From Lingula anatina (lineage: Eukaryota; Animalia; Brachiopoda): a stretch of 64,000 bases of DNA. Below the pieces are notes generated by a model. It was not told the origin of the DNA and searched no databases. It saw nothing but the letters and a program-made list of their open reading frames with translations. The stretch's first letter is position 1, and each line of letters opens with the position of its first letter. The stretch lies in contig CM120648.1 of assembly GCA_051362555.1 (NCBI GenBank), positions 15,124,587-15,188,586 of the forward strand. The letters are read 5' to 3'. The position numbers were made by a program, and so were the translations under genes. Positions 50,801 through 62,010 of the stretch are shown piece after piece.

Positions 50801-52571
50801 ATTATTGATCCGGATCACCACCAAAAACTAATCATCTGTTCCTTGGCCCAATTCTGAAATTTCATCAAAATCGGTCCATAACTTTTTGAGTTATGTTGAT
50901 GACAGCCAGACAAACAAACAGGGGTGAAAACATAACCTCCTTGGCGGAGGTAATTTTAATTACATTACGTTGCGAAATATCTTAAAAGAGAAAAGAACAT
51001 ATCGGTATACACAATTTACACATTGCAACATGAACATATTTGATTGATACTAGATATTTATTATTAACATCCGCTGAAAGAAAAGTAAGTTGTCAACGTA
51101 CGCTTGCACTTTTCCACTTCGTTAACCTTGTATGGTAAGTATCCATTTGGACACTTTAAACCAGGCTCGCCTACAAAATTATGATGATATTCAATATATA
51201 AAATGATATGGATATTTAAAGCAAATTACCGTTGATTCGCTAGGAACAAAATCATCAGTTAATACACTACACACGCTGTGCATTTTCTAATAAACTAATA
51301 TGACAGTCCCTTGCTTTCCATGATTTTCAGTGAATCATATCCATTTCCAAAATTTTAAATTTTAAAAGTCAGTCAAGTTTATTAGGATTTCAATTCTAAT
51401 TGGCAGTAAACTCATACAGCATTAAAAGGAAGAAATTTACCGTATACTATTTTGAAGGCATCCTTAGTTTTTTTTTATTCGACAAATCAACTTAGCAGAA
51501 ATTAATGGAAATTTATTATTATGATATTGCTCTTGCAGGGAAAACTTTCATGTACGATTTTGGTATTGGAAACATAACAGAGAAAAGTATGAAATAAGAC
51601 ACAAGTCCGAACACGTATTCGAACTCCCCGCTCACAGGTAGAACATACAGTACTTTCATCGAACATAACAAGTATGCCTGACCTTACCTGTAGTGCAGTA
51701 AGCCATGTCGCAGGTCGGAGGGGGTGGGAGACGGTAAATGTAGAATTTGCTTGATCCAATGCAACATCTTTTTATGTCAACCTCCAAATTAACGACTGGT
51801 TTACACATCTGTTGGGTCCCATAAATGAAGCACGCTTCCTTGGTCACTTCTTGCTTATTACAAGTCAGGTTAGGATGCAGGTCCTTCAGAAAGATCGGCA
51901 TATCTGTTGTACAATCTCCGGACAGGGGTGTCCGGGCAGAGTCCGCCAACTGATGACCGGATCCTCCAAGAAACCGATACCATCGTGTACTAAGGCTGTG
52001 GTCGCATAACGCTGGTTCTGCAGGTTTCAATGTACTGTTCTGGTTCCTTCGTGGGTCAGATCGTGGTTGGTATATAAAGCAAGGATCATCACCAGCTTGG
52101 CACGGGTACATCTGCACTGCCAAAATGCTTAAACTCCCTAAGAAATAAAATTATATCAGGAATGAAAGTTGGTGATGTTAAATACGTCCTTTAAATTCGG
52201 ACAATAAATAAAAGGATGAAAAGTAAATACAATGAAGGCAAGCTTGTTTGGATGCAAATAAATAAACATTTGTTTAACGGAAAGTTTTCCGTAAACCACA
52301 TAAGCAACAATATATTGAAAGCTGAGATTGTGTACATAGCATAGAATGTCGAGAGATGTCTATTTATTTCGTTCCATCAATTCACAGTTAGAAATACAAA
52401 CCAACAGCATTATCAAATACCATTTTATTAAGCGCCGTTCTTATTATAAAGGTATTGTTTTAAAGAAAGTATATAAACAGCAGTGTAATAAAAAAAAGGG
52501 CAACTTACATATCAAACGACTAGTTACTAATACATGAATTTTAATAACTTACCGATTATTAGGAGCCACAT
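28215..52571 (-). CDS. VWDE: Paralog B: secreted VWD- and EGF-domain protein (VWDE-like) with N-terminal D8C domain and C-terminal C-type lectin domain; 20 coding exons, about 1317 aa
   Basis: Exons in transcript order: 52553-52571, 51688-52137, 51102-51170, 50274-50509, 49992-50087, 49263-49649, 47314-47387, 44743-44812, 43854-44099, 42791-42951, 34296-34773, 31411-31842, 30875-31141, 30502-30619, 30261-30374, 29975-30091, 29312-29425, 29061-29141, 28647-28844, 28215-28441. All have GT-AG boundaries with compatible phases and sum to 3954 nt. Motifs: signal peptide [21 protein letters not shown]; D8C (WYRF...[17 protein letters not shown]); VWD ([14 protein letters not shown]...EGICGDF); EGF ([27 protein letters not shown]); Ca-EGF (DVDEC); CTL. 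The symbol means VWDE-like; orthology was not tested. Confidence 0.88.
28647..28844 (-). CDS. Paralog B exon 19 (C-type lectin domain, N-half)
   Basis: [15 protein letters not shown]...[18 protein letters not shown]...FLWIG. Confidence 0.9.
29061..29141 (-). CDS. Paralog B exon 18 (short 4-Cys Ca-EGF-like module)
   Basis: [27 protein letters not shown], donor GTACGT. Confidence 0.85.
29312..29425 (-). CDS. Paralog B exon 17 (Ca-binding EGF)
   Basis: [38 protein letters not shown]. Confidence 0.92.
29975..30091 (-). CDS. Paralog B exon 16 (Ca-binding EGF)
   Basis: [30 protein letters not shown]. Confidence 0.92.
30261..30374 (-). CDS. Paralog B exon 15 (EGF-like)
   Basis: [12 protein letters not shown]...CTCPQGY, phase 1-1. 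Confidence 0.85.
   Translation of the reverse strand, partial: SHPCRVPNVVDFPASAQEPNGDVHVLRATKTMLMDYA
30502..30619 (-). CDS. Paralog B exon 14
   Basis: [14 protein letters not shown]...CRACD, 118 nt. Confidence 0.88.
30875..31141 (-). CDS. Paralog B exon 13
   Basis: ICPLP...[11 protein letters not shown]...IFDSHCVNC, a VWDE-type segment. Confidence 0.9.
31411..31842 (-). CDS. Paralog B exon 12 (EGF)
   Basis: [28 protein letters not shown]...CDIRTRRC. Confidence 0.92.
31932..34105 (-). mobile_element. HINE/pearl-like non-autonomous element (possibly composite) with about 140-bp internal repeats
   Basis: Absent from the 276-bp homologous intron of paralog A. Shares blocks, inverted, with 36739-38632. 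Has a GC-rich microsatellite-like tract and hairpin at its left end. Confidence 0.6.
34296..34773 (-). CDS. Paralog B exon 11 (polybasic site, Cys-rich region)
   Basis: YCSCENK...RRRRSVR...WPTKSG...CVGDIQ, 478 nt. Confidence 0.9.
35251..36290. mobile_element. Cluster of three related palindromic MITEs (about 35251-35470, 35469-35680, 36029-36290)
   Basis: Shared TTCCCA...GATCGATCTA...AAGCGGCTTA motifs; further copies at about 43455-43650 and 62360-62581. Confidence 0.7.
36739..38632 (+). mobile_element. HINE/pearl-like (Helentron-associated) non-autonomous element
   Basis: Starts AACTAG; subterminal inverted repeat GTACCACCAGC / GCTGGTGGTAC; 3' hairpin GTACCGCCAGCGT-AC-ACGCTGGTGGTAC; about 4 tandem 130-146-bp core repeats at about 37040-37650. 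Confidence 0.7.
38638..40089 (+). mobile_element. Tc1-like family 3, second copy
   Basis: Colinear with 25452-27181, same TIRs. Confidence 0.85.
41388..41487. repeat. Poly-A plus (TA)n microsatellite
   Basis: Seen directly. Confidence 0.97.
41600..42230 (-). mobile_element. Penelope-like retroelement GIY-YIG endonuclease fragment
   Basis: [18 protein letters not shown] (frameshift) NIVYKATV...[21 protein letters not shown]...LSSYIWTLK...[14 protein letters not shown]...LNSKNEL. Confidence 0.85.
42791..42951 (-). CDS. Paralog B exon 10 (VWD end)
   Basis: PSGAWVRV...MEGICGDF, 161 nt. Confidence 0.88.
43854..44099 (-). CDS. Paralog B exon 9 (VWD)
   Basis: VRARHWNC...[19 protein letters not shown], 246 nt. 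Confidence 0.9.
44743..44812 (-). CDS. Paralog B exon 8 (VWD)
   Basis: [11 protein letters not shown]...LLFE, 70 nt. Confidence 0.85.
45112..46298 (+). mobile_element. Tc1-like family 3, third copy, internally deleted
   Basis: Same TIRs and TA flanks; [12 protein letters not shown] remnant. Confidence 0.85.
46329..47075. mobile_element. Foldback-type element: about 315-375-bp near-perfect inverted arms with internal 18/21-bp tandem repeats
   Basis: TATGGGCGGCGG...CCGCCGCCCATA flanked by the direct repeat (TA)TACTAG; the empty site is visible in paralog A near 9185-9210. Confidence 0.9.
47314..47387 (-). CDS. Paralog B exon 7 (VWD start)
   Basis: [16 protein letters not shown] motif. Confidence 0.88.
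47744..48892. mobile_element. Composite non-autonomous DNA element rich in GAAT/ATTC motifs
   Basis: CCCCCGTCACAC at the left; GTGTGACGGGGG-type ends at about 48220, 48520 and 48885; absent from the paralog A intron. Confidence 0.7.
49263..49649 (-). CDS. Paralog B exon 6
   Basis: [10 protein letters not shown]...[11 protein letters not shown], 387 nt. Confidence 0.88.
49992..50087 (-). CDS. Paralog B exon 5
   Basis: [12 protein letters not shown]...FAGVK, 96 nt. Confidence 0.85.
50274..50509 (-). CDS. Paralog B exon 4
   Basis: [10 protein letters not shown]...LQYNLGKH; phase 1 to 0. Confidence 0.85.
50683..50953 (+). mobile_element. Short HINE/pearl-like element
   Basis: ACTAG start; ACCTCCGCCAAGG / CCTTGGCGGAGGT subterminal inverted repeat; ACAG/ACAA microsatellite; 3' hairpin. 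Confidence 0.75.
51102..51170 (-). CDS. Paralog B exon 3
   Basis: 69 nt, [23 protein letters not shown]; conserved at 18487-18555. Confidence 0.8.
51688..52137 (-). CDS. Paralog B exon 2 (D8C domain)
   Basis: [15 protein letters not shown]...CTTDMPIFL...[18 protein letters not shown]; AG/GT boundaries. Confidence 0.9.
52553..52571 (-). CDS. Paralog B exon 1 (start codon, start of signal peptide)
   Basis: ATG TGG CTC CTA ATA ATC G|GTAAG, identical in both paralogs and in phase with exon 2. Confidence 0.75.
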
Positions 52572-53516
52572 TGCAGGATCGCGGTTGTTTCAGTGCATGT
52601 AAGTGCTCTGATAAATTGTTCAGTCTCAACCTATTAAGAAAAGTTGCTCGATTATTAAATCCATAGCAGTAAATGAAATTTATAGCAGCCACTCTAGATA
52701 TAGTACACAGTTTTCTAAAATTTCGTTCCCACCTCACTGGACCAAACAAAAAGTTGTTAAAACTTATTATTTACAAAAGAAGATTCCTACAGCCTCCAAA
52801 AGAGAAGCGTTGTCTTGGTGAAGGTCCACACAGTTTACTTAAGCTATTAGTTTAATACAGCATGCACAGACACATACAGCAAATATTGTTCCAGCAAGTT
52901 TTAATAATTCTGGCCACAGGGTGGACTTTTTTGATCCCCATTCCCAAATGTTCATACCTTTAGTTTTTACTTGACCTTTACCCTTTATATATCAGTGCCG
53001 TCAAAAATATGAGATTGCAAATGACGGCGAAAAAGCTTTATCAAATGTGTATGACTATGCACGGCAACCAGTGACCAAGTAATATGATAAGGACGCTCGG
53101 TCGTTGACACAGGGCGGTAATTCGCCTGATGTATCGTCTTAATAATGTTGCTTATTGCGATAATAGATCATATTTTCTTAAAGTATAAACATAACAGGCA
53201 GGAAGTTCAACAATGAATTATAACATGTGTCACCCCAACTACCCCTTTCTGCCGTAAGCTTTGACCCGAACGAAGAGGAGAGATTACATGTCACAGATTT
53301 TAAAAACTGTAGCAAACTATTCACTTGGCGTGTAAGCACGAGGCTCATTTGTGAACAATGCGGTACGGTGCACGCATTCGTTTTTCAGTCTACAAATAAC
53401 AATTAAATTTTATCAATTATTTATTTTTAAATTTTATTTAGGCGTTCGTTATTTTGTTGTAGTAGGAGAGGGACTAAACTTCTCACTATTTTTTTTCATT
53501 ACAAAATATATGACCA

Positions 53517-55077
53517 TAGATAGATAGTCATTTTGGTTCAAACTCACCCTGTTGAGAAATCTCAAGGCTGATTACATGGCTGGTAATTGTTTGCATAACT
53601 GCTCAGGCACTGCCACTTATACCCCCTTTACACTGGACGGTGTCCTTTCTGCGTCCTTTCTGCGACCATGAATTTTGGCATCGCTGTGGTCTTAATAAGG
53701 CCACACTTTTTTAATTTTATGGATGACATCCTGCGCGCGCACCGATTTTCGCCCGTTCTCCGAAAAAAAAAAAAAAAAATCCCCCCCCCAGCCCCCAACG
53801 AAGTCGGTTGGCGCAAACGTCGTTAGTGAATTTGCCAGGAAATGAGCTTTCTGCGCATGCGTATTATCGCCACGTGGAAATGTGGCCGCTTTGCCGTCAA
53901 ATTCATCTCTAGGATAACTTTCAAATTACACGACAATTAAAGTCATAAAGAGAACGGGTGCCGTCGTTTTGGATTATTATGCCATTGATATTGGGCATGG
54001 AGATATCACCTTTTTACTATTGTGCGAAAGGCTGGCGGCCGCCAGCGATTATCGCCCGAAAAATTTCAGTGACATTCTGTACAAAGCAGCACAAAGGCTA
54101 CCAGGTTTTCTGTAGCGAAAAAAGGGTCGACAAGGGCGTCGAGGTATTTGGTGGGCTGAAGGTCGGACAGGCCACCTGACAGTTTGGCCGTGTGAGTCGA
54201 AGTAGACAAAATGGCATCGTCCGAAATGACCTTTAATAGATTTGGTAGTATTAAGCATATCTTTGCATCATTTTTTTAAACATTTCTGTGAAGTGTTCAA
54301 AATGCTTTAATATTCTGAGAATACGAATAAAGACACACTGTTTGTTTGATATTTGTTTTATTGATTGCTATACCAACAAAATGCATGAAATAACCTTAAT
54401 AGATTTTGTAATAAAAAGTATATCTATTCATGACTTTTTTTACATTTCTACGAAGTATTCACAATGCTTTAATATTTTGAGAGCATGGATAAAGACATAT
54501 TGTTAGTTTGATACGTGTTTCTGTGGTAAAATTTGTGTTTCCAGCTGTGTACTGACAGCATTCCTTTACTTAAGCAGTATTTTTTTTTTTTTTTTGGACC
54601 GTTTTTTTTTTTTTCGCCCTCTCGCACCGATTTTGGGGTACCCAGAGGATGTCATCCATAAAAATAAAAAAGTGTGGCCTAAGGAGGCACGAGCATTGAT
54701 TTTGTATCAAAATGAATGCTCAATGATCGGCAAGTTGTCGGCATGTTAAATATTATAATCTTTTAACTTTCAAATGGGGCCGTACTGCTGGACGCAGAAA
54801 GGACGCCGTTTAGTGTAAAGGGGCCCTTAGCAGGTTCAGTCTAAGTCTGCGTGACAGCAATCAAGACAGTTAATTGCTCTGACTTTAATCACTTGCTCTT
54901 CTGTGACAGATAAAAAAGCTTTGGACTGGTTGCGTAACGAGCAGTTATCACATCGTTGTGAAGCTCAGCTCATGCAGAGCGAGTACAAAGCCTTTGGCGC
55001 GCGCGCAGAGATAATTGTTTCCACATGGGATTTCTCAACAGGGTGAGTTTGAACCAAAATGACCACCTATCTATCTA
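53517..55077. mobile_element. Three nested TIR elements (outer 53517-55077, middle 53620-54826, inner 53699-54679)
   Basis: Three concentric TIR pairs. The middle element is flanked by TTA and the inner by TAA, as in PIF/Harbinger. Confidence 0.85.
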
Positions 55078-57330
55078 GAGACATATCTGTGAATATCTGT
55101 AAAAAATCTATCAGTCGCCCTGGAAGAGGGTACTAGGTAGTCGCACAAATAGGCCGTGTGCGTCTAAGTCCACCTCACCAGCAATCGTCGGCGATTTAAA
55201 TGACGATTTTTATTCATCGAACCAAATGTATTTGCAGTTCTTTAAAATATGAATTCCTATCTTTCCGTTCGAAGTTTTGAGTGCATTTGTCAGTTTCTTA
55301 TTTATTAAATAACTACTATACATTGATTTGAGTGTTATTTCTTATTCTCTGTTTTGGTCATGTTTTCAATTTTACTCGATGGAAATGGAATAAAAATTCC
55401 CCAGTTATATTTGCGGATGCTTATTATGACAGCCTGAAATTAAGAAAAATAAGCGAACTGACGTCCTCTGTTATTTATCCCTGTCTTCACAAGAACAGTG
55501 CGATGGAATTCATTGTCATCGTCACAATTATGTTATGACAGACTCTAAAATAAAATACTGTAGCATCTTTACTGTTGTAACTTGACTTCTCACGACAATT
55601 TTTATACACAGAGAACATTTTCGTGAAGAATAAGCTGAAATTTTCACACTTTCTTAACAATGGTTCTGATTTGTTGGTGAATTGTTTTGTCTTCACTCAA
55701 TAAGCAACTACAGTGTAGTCCGTGACTAATAAGCAAAGGCGTCAATTATGATATTTGCACATCAAAGTAGCATTGCTGATGTTAAAAATCTGGGGACTGA
55801 GGTCAGGGAATACAAAGATTACTTAGGTTCATGTTTGTAGCTTATAAATCTGTTGGAAAACTTCTGGTCCAGCCACTCCAGAGAGCCCTTTGCTGTATGA
55901 GGGATAGCCCCATCTTGCTGGTACTACCCCCCCCCCCCCCCCCGAACCCTGTTTCCACCTCTTCCACGGCTCAAGAGCTCCAGTCATTTGCCAGAATTTG
56001 TTCAGAATAAACGCCAACCCTGCATAGTGGTGTCTGTATGCCCCCGACCTCAATCCCCAGATCTTTAACTGTTGGGGTATCTGAAAGATCGAGTCTACAT
56101 AAACAACCCCAACATTATCCCGTAGCAGCAAGCACTCAAGAAATCAGAGCTATACTTAAAAAGAAAGCATACATGTCATGACAATTTCGCCTGTATGATT
56201 TAAAAGTGTCTTCAGCAGAACGGAGAATATTTGGAGCATAGTCTTTAAATGTTGATAAAATCTTTGCCAGCAGAGCTAGTGACATATTGTTTATAGTAGT
56301 AGATTCGCTACCCCCCCCCCAGACAATAGACTTCTAATATCGACCGGCTATTTTGACGAAACCTCTTATTTCTAAATCATTTTTTGCTGTTTTATTTCAG
56401 CATATCTCTTTTAATCCAACTCGACATCTAATTTGAGACAAAAATAGCATATTGTTATTTCCAACGACTTATTAGGTAATTTCTTTGTGAATATTTCATT
56501 CCCTGCTACGCCCCGCCTCATGTCTTCACTAACACAATTGGGAGATATTTGTGGAGTCCGTCACAATCATGGTTGAGACATCATCAGTGTCAAAACACCG
56601 CAGCTTATGTCACATTACCCTCATTAAAGGAGATTGGTCATTTGAAATTAGATATTTGGTAAATTTTAACTATATCTGGTTGTGAATTATGCGTACAATT
56701 TTTGCGGGAGCTCCTGAGAGAAATTTTGGTCTTGTCTTTTTATTTTTATTTTTCATCTTAAAATTTTGTATGTGTGTGTGGAAAATAGATCTTTTATAAG
56801 GGTAATGAAAGGAGATCCGAACATCACTCAATCGATTGGTTTCCTAGATCTAATTGTATTTTCATCACAGCCACGTGTAATGAGTATTACTTATATACAG
56901 CCAGCCTTTGCCAGTATTTTGATGCCTTCTGTACTATCGGGACATTACTACTCTATAAACTACTACATGTACAAGTACTACATTATGTAGGCCTATACTG
57001 TACTACAACTACAACATATACTGGTTCTACAACTTATACCACTCCAAAGGTGTGCTGAGGTGAGTTTTCAGAAATCTCTTAGACTCAACATACTGTCGGG
57101 GACAACTTGAGAATATCGATCTGTTACCCGTGAGTTAGATCGACTGTTGTAACGGACGGATATATTTGTATGTGGGGTGCCTCCCATCTTCTCCCCTTCA
57201 TCCATCTCCGTTATCCCCCCTCCCCACCCCACCACTCCAGTCCATCACTCCCTTCAAACACTCCAGTCACTCAAATGCACTTACCAGTACATCCTATCTG
57301 CCGTACATCACAAGCGGGAGGTGCACACCC

Positions 57331-57370
<40 letters not shown>

Positions 57371-60300
57371 ACTCCCCGTCTCACGTCCTGTCTTCACTAA
57401 CACAATTGTGTGGTATCTACTCCGTCACAATCATGATTGAGACTGCAGTAGAATCAAAACACCGGAGTGATGTATAGCACATTCGTACGACGAAAATTAT
57501 ATAGCTAGAAAGTGTGACACATATTAGCAAGGGAGAGACGATCAGAGATGGTGAAATGGGGTTCCCATGACGGGGTGTGGCCTTTCTGTTTGCCTTAGGT
57601 CCTTTTCCGAGCAGCGGTCCATTTAACTGTACCTGTCCATTTTTGAGTGACAATTTAAAAGCTTTAATTGTATGTAAGAGAGTCAAGCATGCATTTATAT
57701 TTTAAAGGTGTATCATCTTCAGACGTGTATCAATAACTCATCAGAATTTGGTGAAGTTATACCGGTATACGTCAAGTGTGGGCGGGATGTAATCACCTGA
57801 TGACTGCAGTTATGGTGTTTTGCATGGATCGGACTGGACACGAGCTTAACGTTAAGATTTAAACTAAATAAGGAAAACTGGCTAGAGATAATGTAATACA
57901 TAGCCCTATTTTATACATTAGGTGGTTGATTTGCGACTGGTACAGTTTTTGTAGTCGTGTTGGTGTAATTTACACTTTATTTCGGAAGTGAAATGAGGGT
58001 GGGATCTGCGTGTTTCATCTGAGCGTGGTTCTTGCAACACATACAACGTGACTTACGGAAACCTCAATAAATCTGCCTCATTTGAACTATTTATTCATCA
58101 AAGACTCTCAAAAATCAATTTAATAAATTAAAAATGTATAAAAATGTATTTCAAGGCGTTTACATGGGATACTTACTTCATTTTCGTAAAGGGTGCCAAC
58201 TTGCCCCGACCCTGGGGCCAACTTGCACCGTGGCAGGGCAAATCGCCCCCCCCTCAACTGCTTTTTTTTTGTCAAATTGTGAGCAATCTGACATTATATT
58301 TGAAAAATAATGACGTTGCACACGTAGTTTAGTTCATGGGGCTTACTTTGAACCCGGTTTTGTTACTCTAACTCTTTCCTAGTTGGCTCTAAAAGGCCAA
58401 AGGTGTGAAACTGGGCCAACTAGCCGCGGTCCCCCCTACCTGGTACGCGAAAAACGGTATATACAAGGTTGGTGGTCTTTTCTCGAGAGATAATTCACTC
58501 AGTGTCTGGAACCCACAAAGATATTTTGTGTTTTTTTTTCTTCTTTAATCGATCATAGATGATCGTGAACAGCACGCACTGATAGTTTGTAGATAACCTG
58601 AAGCTTTTATGTTATTCTCATTTCTATGCCTTATTAATAACAAATCCCTAAATAATGGTATGGTGTAAATCGTGGTGCATTTGCTTACAACAGATCAAGA
58701 ACGCGCGTTCCCGCTCACACACCCACACACGGGCAAACGCACGCATGTTTTCATGGGAGAATATGAAGATGTACATTGTATGAGAGAATTGCATTCATCA
58801 AATTTAATTTTATTGTGCAACTAAAAGCATTAAATCATTTTTATCCGCTATCAATCCCAATGTCTTTAAAATTGTAAATCTAAAACCAGCTGCCGAGTTT
58901 CAGATTGCAGTACCATATTTTTGTATTTTCCTCCAGATGGCGCTATCGTACGGTCTAGTTGGTCAAACATAACAAAAACTGCTCAGATATTAAAATTAGT
59001 GAACCACATTGCCCCATATAAAGATAGCCAGTGACCTACATAATGTCGTTTCAATTTGGGGTGGATAAGGATCTGAAATAAATTTTCTTCTGGCATATTT
59101 TGAAATATGCTGAACACAAATTCGTCCTTTGTATTTATAATGTTTAAATTACGAATAAAGTTTTATTTGTAAAACATCTGTGACAAATGAATAGGAAAGG
59201 CGGCAACTTCACCCTGCCACCTCCCCCTACCATGAATATAGTGGGATGTACTGTCTAGTAGATGTCACTTCCTCAGTGCTGAGTGATCAGGAAGTGGAGC
59301 GAAGGCAGCCTAGATATTAAGTATACGAATATCGTAAATTCAGCCAAATCAATGTAACGTTTTAAGAAATAATTGTTGAGCATTTGGTGTTAAGTTAACT
59401 ATGATTTGTTTATGAAAAGTATTTTGAGGCCTGTTAGCTTAAATGTGGTTTTTGGTCATTCCTCAACATTTCGCCACGTACCACTGCGTTTCCTCCTTCA
59501 GTTCAGCTCATCACGTCTTATACAAATGTAAAAATGTAGTTTCACTTCATGTTCAGTATTTTGAACTTCGCTGGTAGAAATACTAGTGGCATCCGAAGTT
59601 TACCGTGAGAAATGGTCAAGGAGAGTAAAATGCTGTGAGATGCCCTGTTGATATTGTAGCTATTTGCATGTTGATATTTAGTGACAGAATGGTTGATAGT
59701 GGAATTTAAAAAATATTATATAGGTATAGTAACAAACGTTCATTTCCGAAGTAAAGCACATAATTCAAGTTTAAAGGGGGTGTAGCACTATACTTCCATT
59801 TAGAATACTGGCAGGGTTTCATAAATGAAGATTTCATATTTCATTTCATTAAAATGTGCGAGCTAAATTGAAGTTGTATTGATTTCAAGACTATTGCCCA
59901 AAATGCTGTTTGGGACGAATTTTTATCAATGTAACATGACGAATTTGATTTTATTTTTGCAAATGAAATTCAGGATATATTGAGACGTAGTTCTATTCAA
60001 GAATGCATGGTCTTCAGTTTCCAAAGAATGTTTTATTTCAGTAACCCGACCCAATGCATTGAAATATGTTCTGTACTATCCTACATGTAGTTTCATGTTT
60101 TTCACCGTGACATTTGTGAAATATTACTATTACGGTATTCTACAGCAAGACAGCGGGTGTTCAGATCGAATACGAATTTAGTACGCAAATTAATGCAAGT
60201 TCACATTAATCACCAAGAGTATTCACGGTATTTACAGCATTCAAAACCGAATATTAATTTCTGCTTTTATATGAAGAACTGACATTAATTGTGTGTTTTT

Positions 60301-60605
60301 CTTTTAATACTAAGATAGGAAAAAAAGACATATCATCTCTTGAAATTTGAACATTTTCTGTCTTGTTGAGTAATAGATGTCATTTTACGTAACAAGAAAA
60401 AAATATATTTGTTTTAGTTGTGAAAATTCCCTAACTGAAAAGCATGTAGTTAAAATATGAAACGTTTTATCCTGTAATGTTATTGACATTTGCATCATTG
60501 ATTTGTTGAACAAATACAGGTTCCGGGTAAATATGAAGAGACCATTCACGTGATTGAAAATTGTTTTATTTTCCATATATGACTGTTTTCGGTAATTCTC
60601 TCTTA

Positions 60606-60810
60606 AGCCCCCTTTACACTGGACGGCGTCCTTTCTGCGTCCCGTAGTACCGCCCCGTCTGAGAGTAAAAAATAATACTTTACGTGCGTTCATTTTACAT
60701 GTACAACCAAAGCGATGCTTGTGCCTCCTTTCTACGACCACAGCGATGCCATGCAGTTTCATGGTCGCACAAAGGACGCAGAAAGGACGCCGTCCAGTGT
60801 AAATGGGGTT
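60606..60810. mobile_element. Harbinger-like MITE, uninterrupted relative of 53620-54826
   Basis: About 36-bp TIR CCCCTTTACACTGGACGGCGTCCTTTCTGCGTCC; TTA flanks. Confidence 0.85.
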
Positions 60811-61672
60811 TTACAAGACTCTTTCATTCTATCGACCAGATGATGGAGAAATAATGGATATTTTTTTTGCATTTAGAAATCTTTATTCCTAGAAGGTTGC
60901 AAAACGTGTTGCAAGATTTTTCAAATTGAAAATGGATGTAGGAAATATGAGAAATATCGTAATCTGTCCCTCGGATTTTAACCCAGATTTCATAAGTGAA
61001 CATGTTGTTTATATTTTGAATAATTTTTGTAATGAAATTTACTCTATTTTCATAATCCAATGTAATGTTTATTTTTCTGTTTTGTCAATAGCGGGCTTAA
61101 TGCTGTGAACGTAAGATTTTTGACACGTAAAACATAACAAAGATATGTACGTTTTTACTTCCCAGCTAGATGTATAGGACTTTTGAAAACGTTTAATTTT
61201 CAAAAGAGCAATTAATAAAAACTGTATAATATTTCATAGCTATATTGAGAAATACAATGGCGGATCCAAGCTTATAAAGGGGTCAATCTGTAGTATTTTT
61301 GGGACTTGATCATGTGTTGGGGAAGGGGGTGGGGGTTAGATCCACCATTGTTTTTTTTTAATGAAGATGTTGAAAAAAATTGTTTTGTTTCATTAAGACC
61401 AAGCATTTGACCAGTAAAGCAGTAGATAGTTTCTTTTTTTAAGTCGAATAGACAAGAACGTTGTTTGTTAACCTTTGAATGAGTCTTTATGCGGATATCA
61501 ATGCTTTTATTTTACATACTGGAACCTTTTAAACTTTATGGTAATAAAAAGACTGAAGACAATAAAGTTTTACAGGAATGTGTTTAATAAATAATTGAAT
61601 ACATAATATCAATTGATTATGTTCTTAATAAAAAAACTTATTGAATATACAAAATGTCTTAGTGTTTTTACT

Positions 61673-62010
61673 GACGGCTACATGGCTCAGTGGTAGCCTG
61701 GGGTTGGGGTTCGATTCCTGGCTCGGGCACTTTGGAATTACAAATGGGTGCAATTAAAAACTTCCTTTGGTTACTATAAGAAGAAAGTCTACCCGGGGAG
61801 GGTGGGTGGGAACACTTAGAGAAGTAGGTAACGCGCTTGGCTCAGAGACGGAAGGTAACCAGTTCGATTCCTGGCGCTCCTAGGTCCCAGCAAATTACCT
61901 TTTGCAAAAATAAACCTAAAATAAACATTAAACTTGAACAAGAGGATCATGCTAATGTACAAGAAACGAGTAGAGACAGTGGCTCAATAGGTAAGGCGGT
62001 AGACTAAGAT
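61673..62010 (+). mobile_element. Degenerate tRNA-derived SINE-like heads
   Basis: A-box TGGCTCAGTGG (61683) with B-box GGTTCGATTCC (about 61707); a second GTTCGATTCC at about 61862; a third A-box-like GTGGCTCAATAGG at about 61979. No complete cloverleaf. Confidence 0.5.

Noticed and set aside
52549-52749. 66-aa ORF as first exon of paralog B
   Set aside because: Wrong frame for splicing and interrupted in A; the MWLLII start gives a proper signal peptide.
57715-57750. Minus-strand CTGATGA / CTGAAGA as a hammerhead core
   Set aside because: No stem II followed by GAAA.
61673-61880. tRNA genes
   Set aside because: A and B boxes are present, but no complete acceptor or anticodon stems could be folded; treated as SINE-like.
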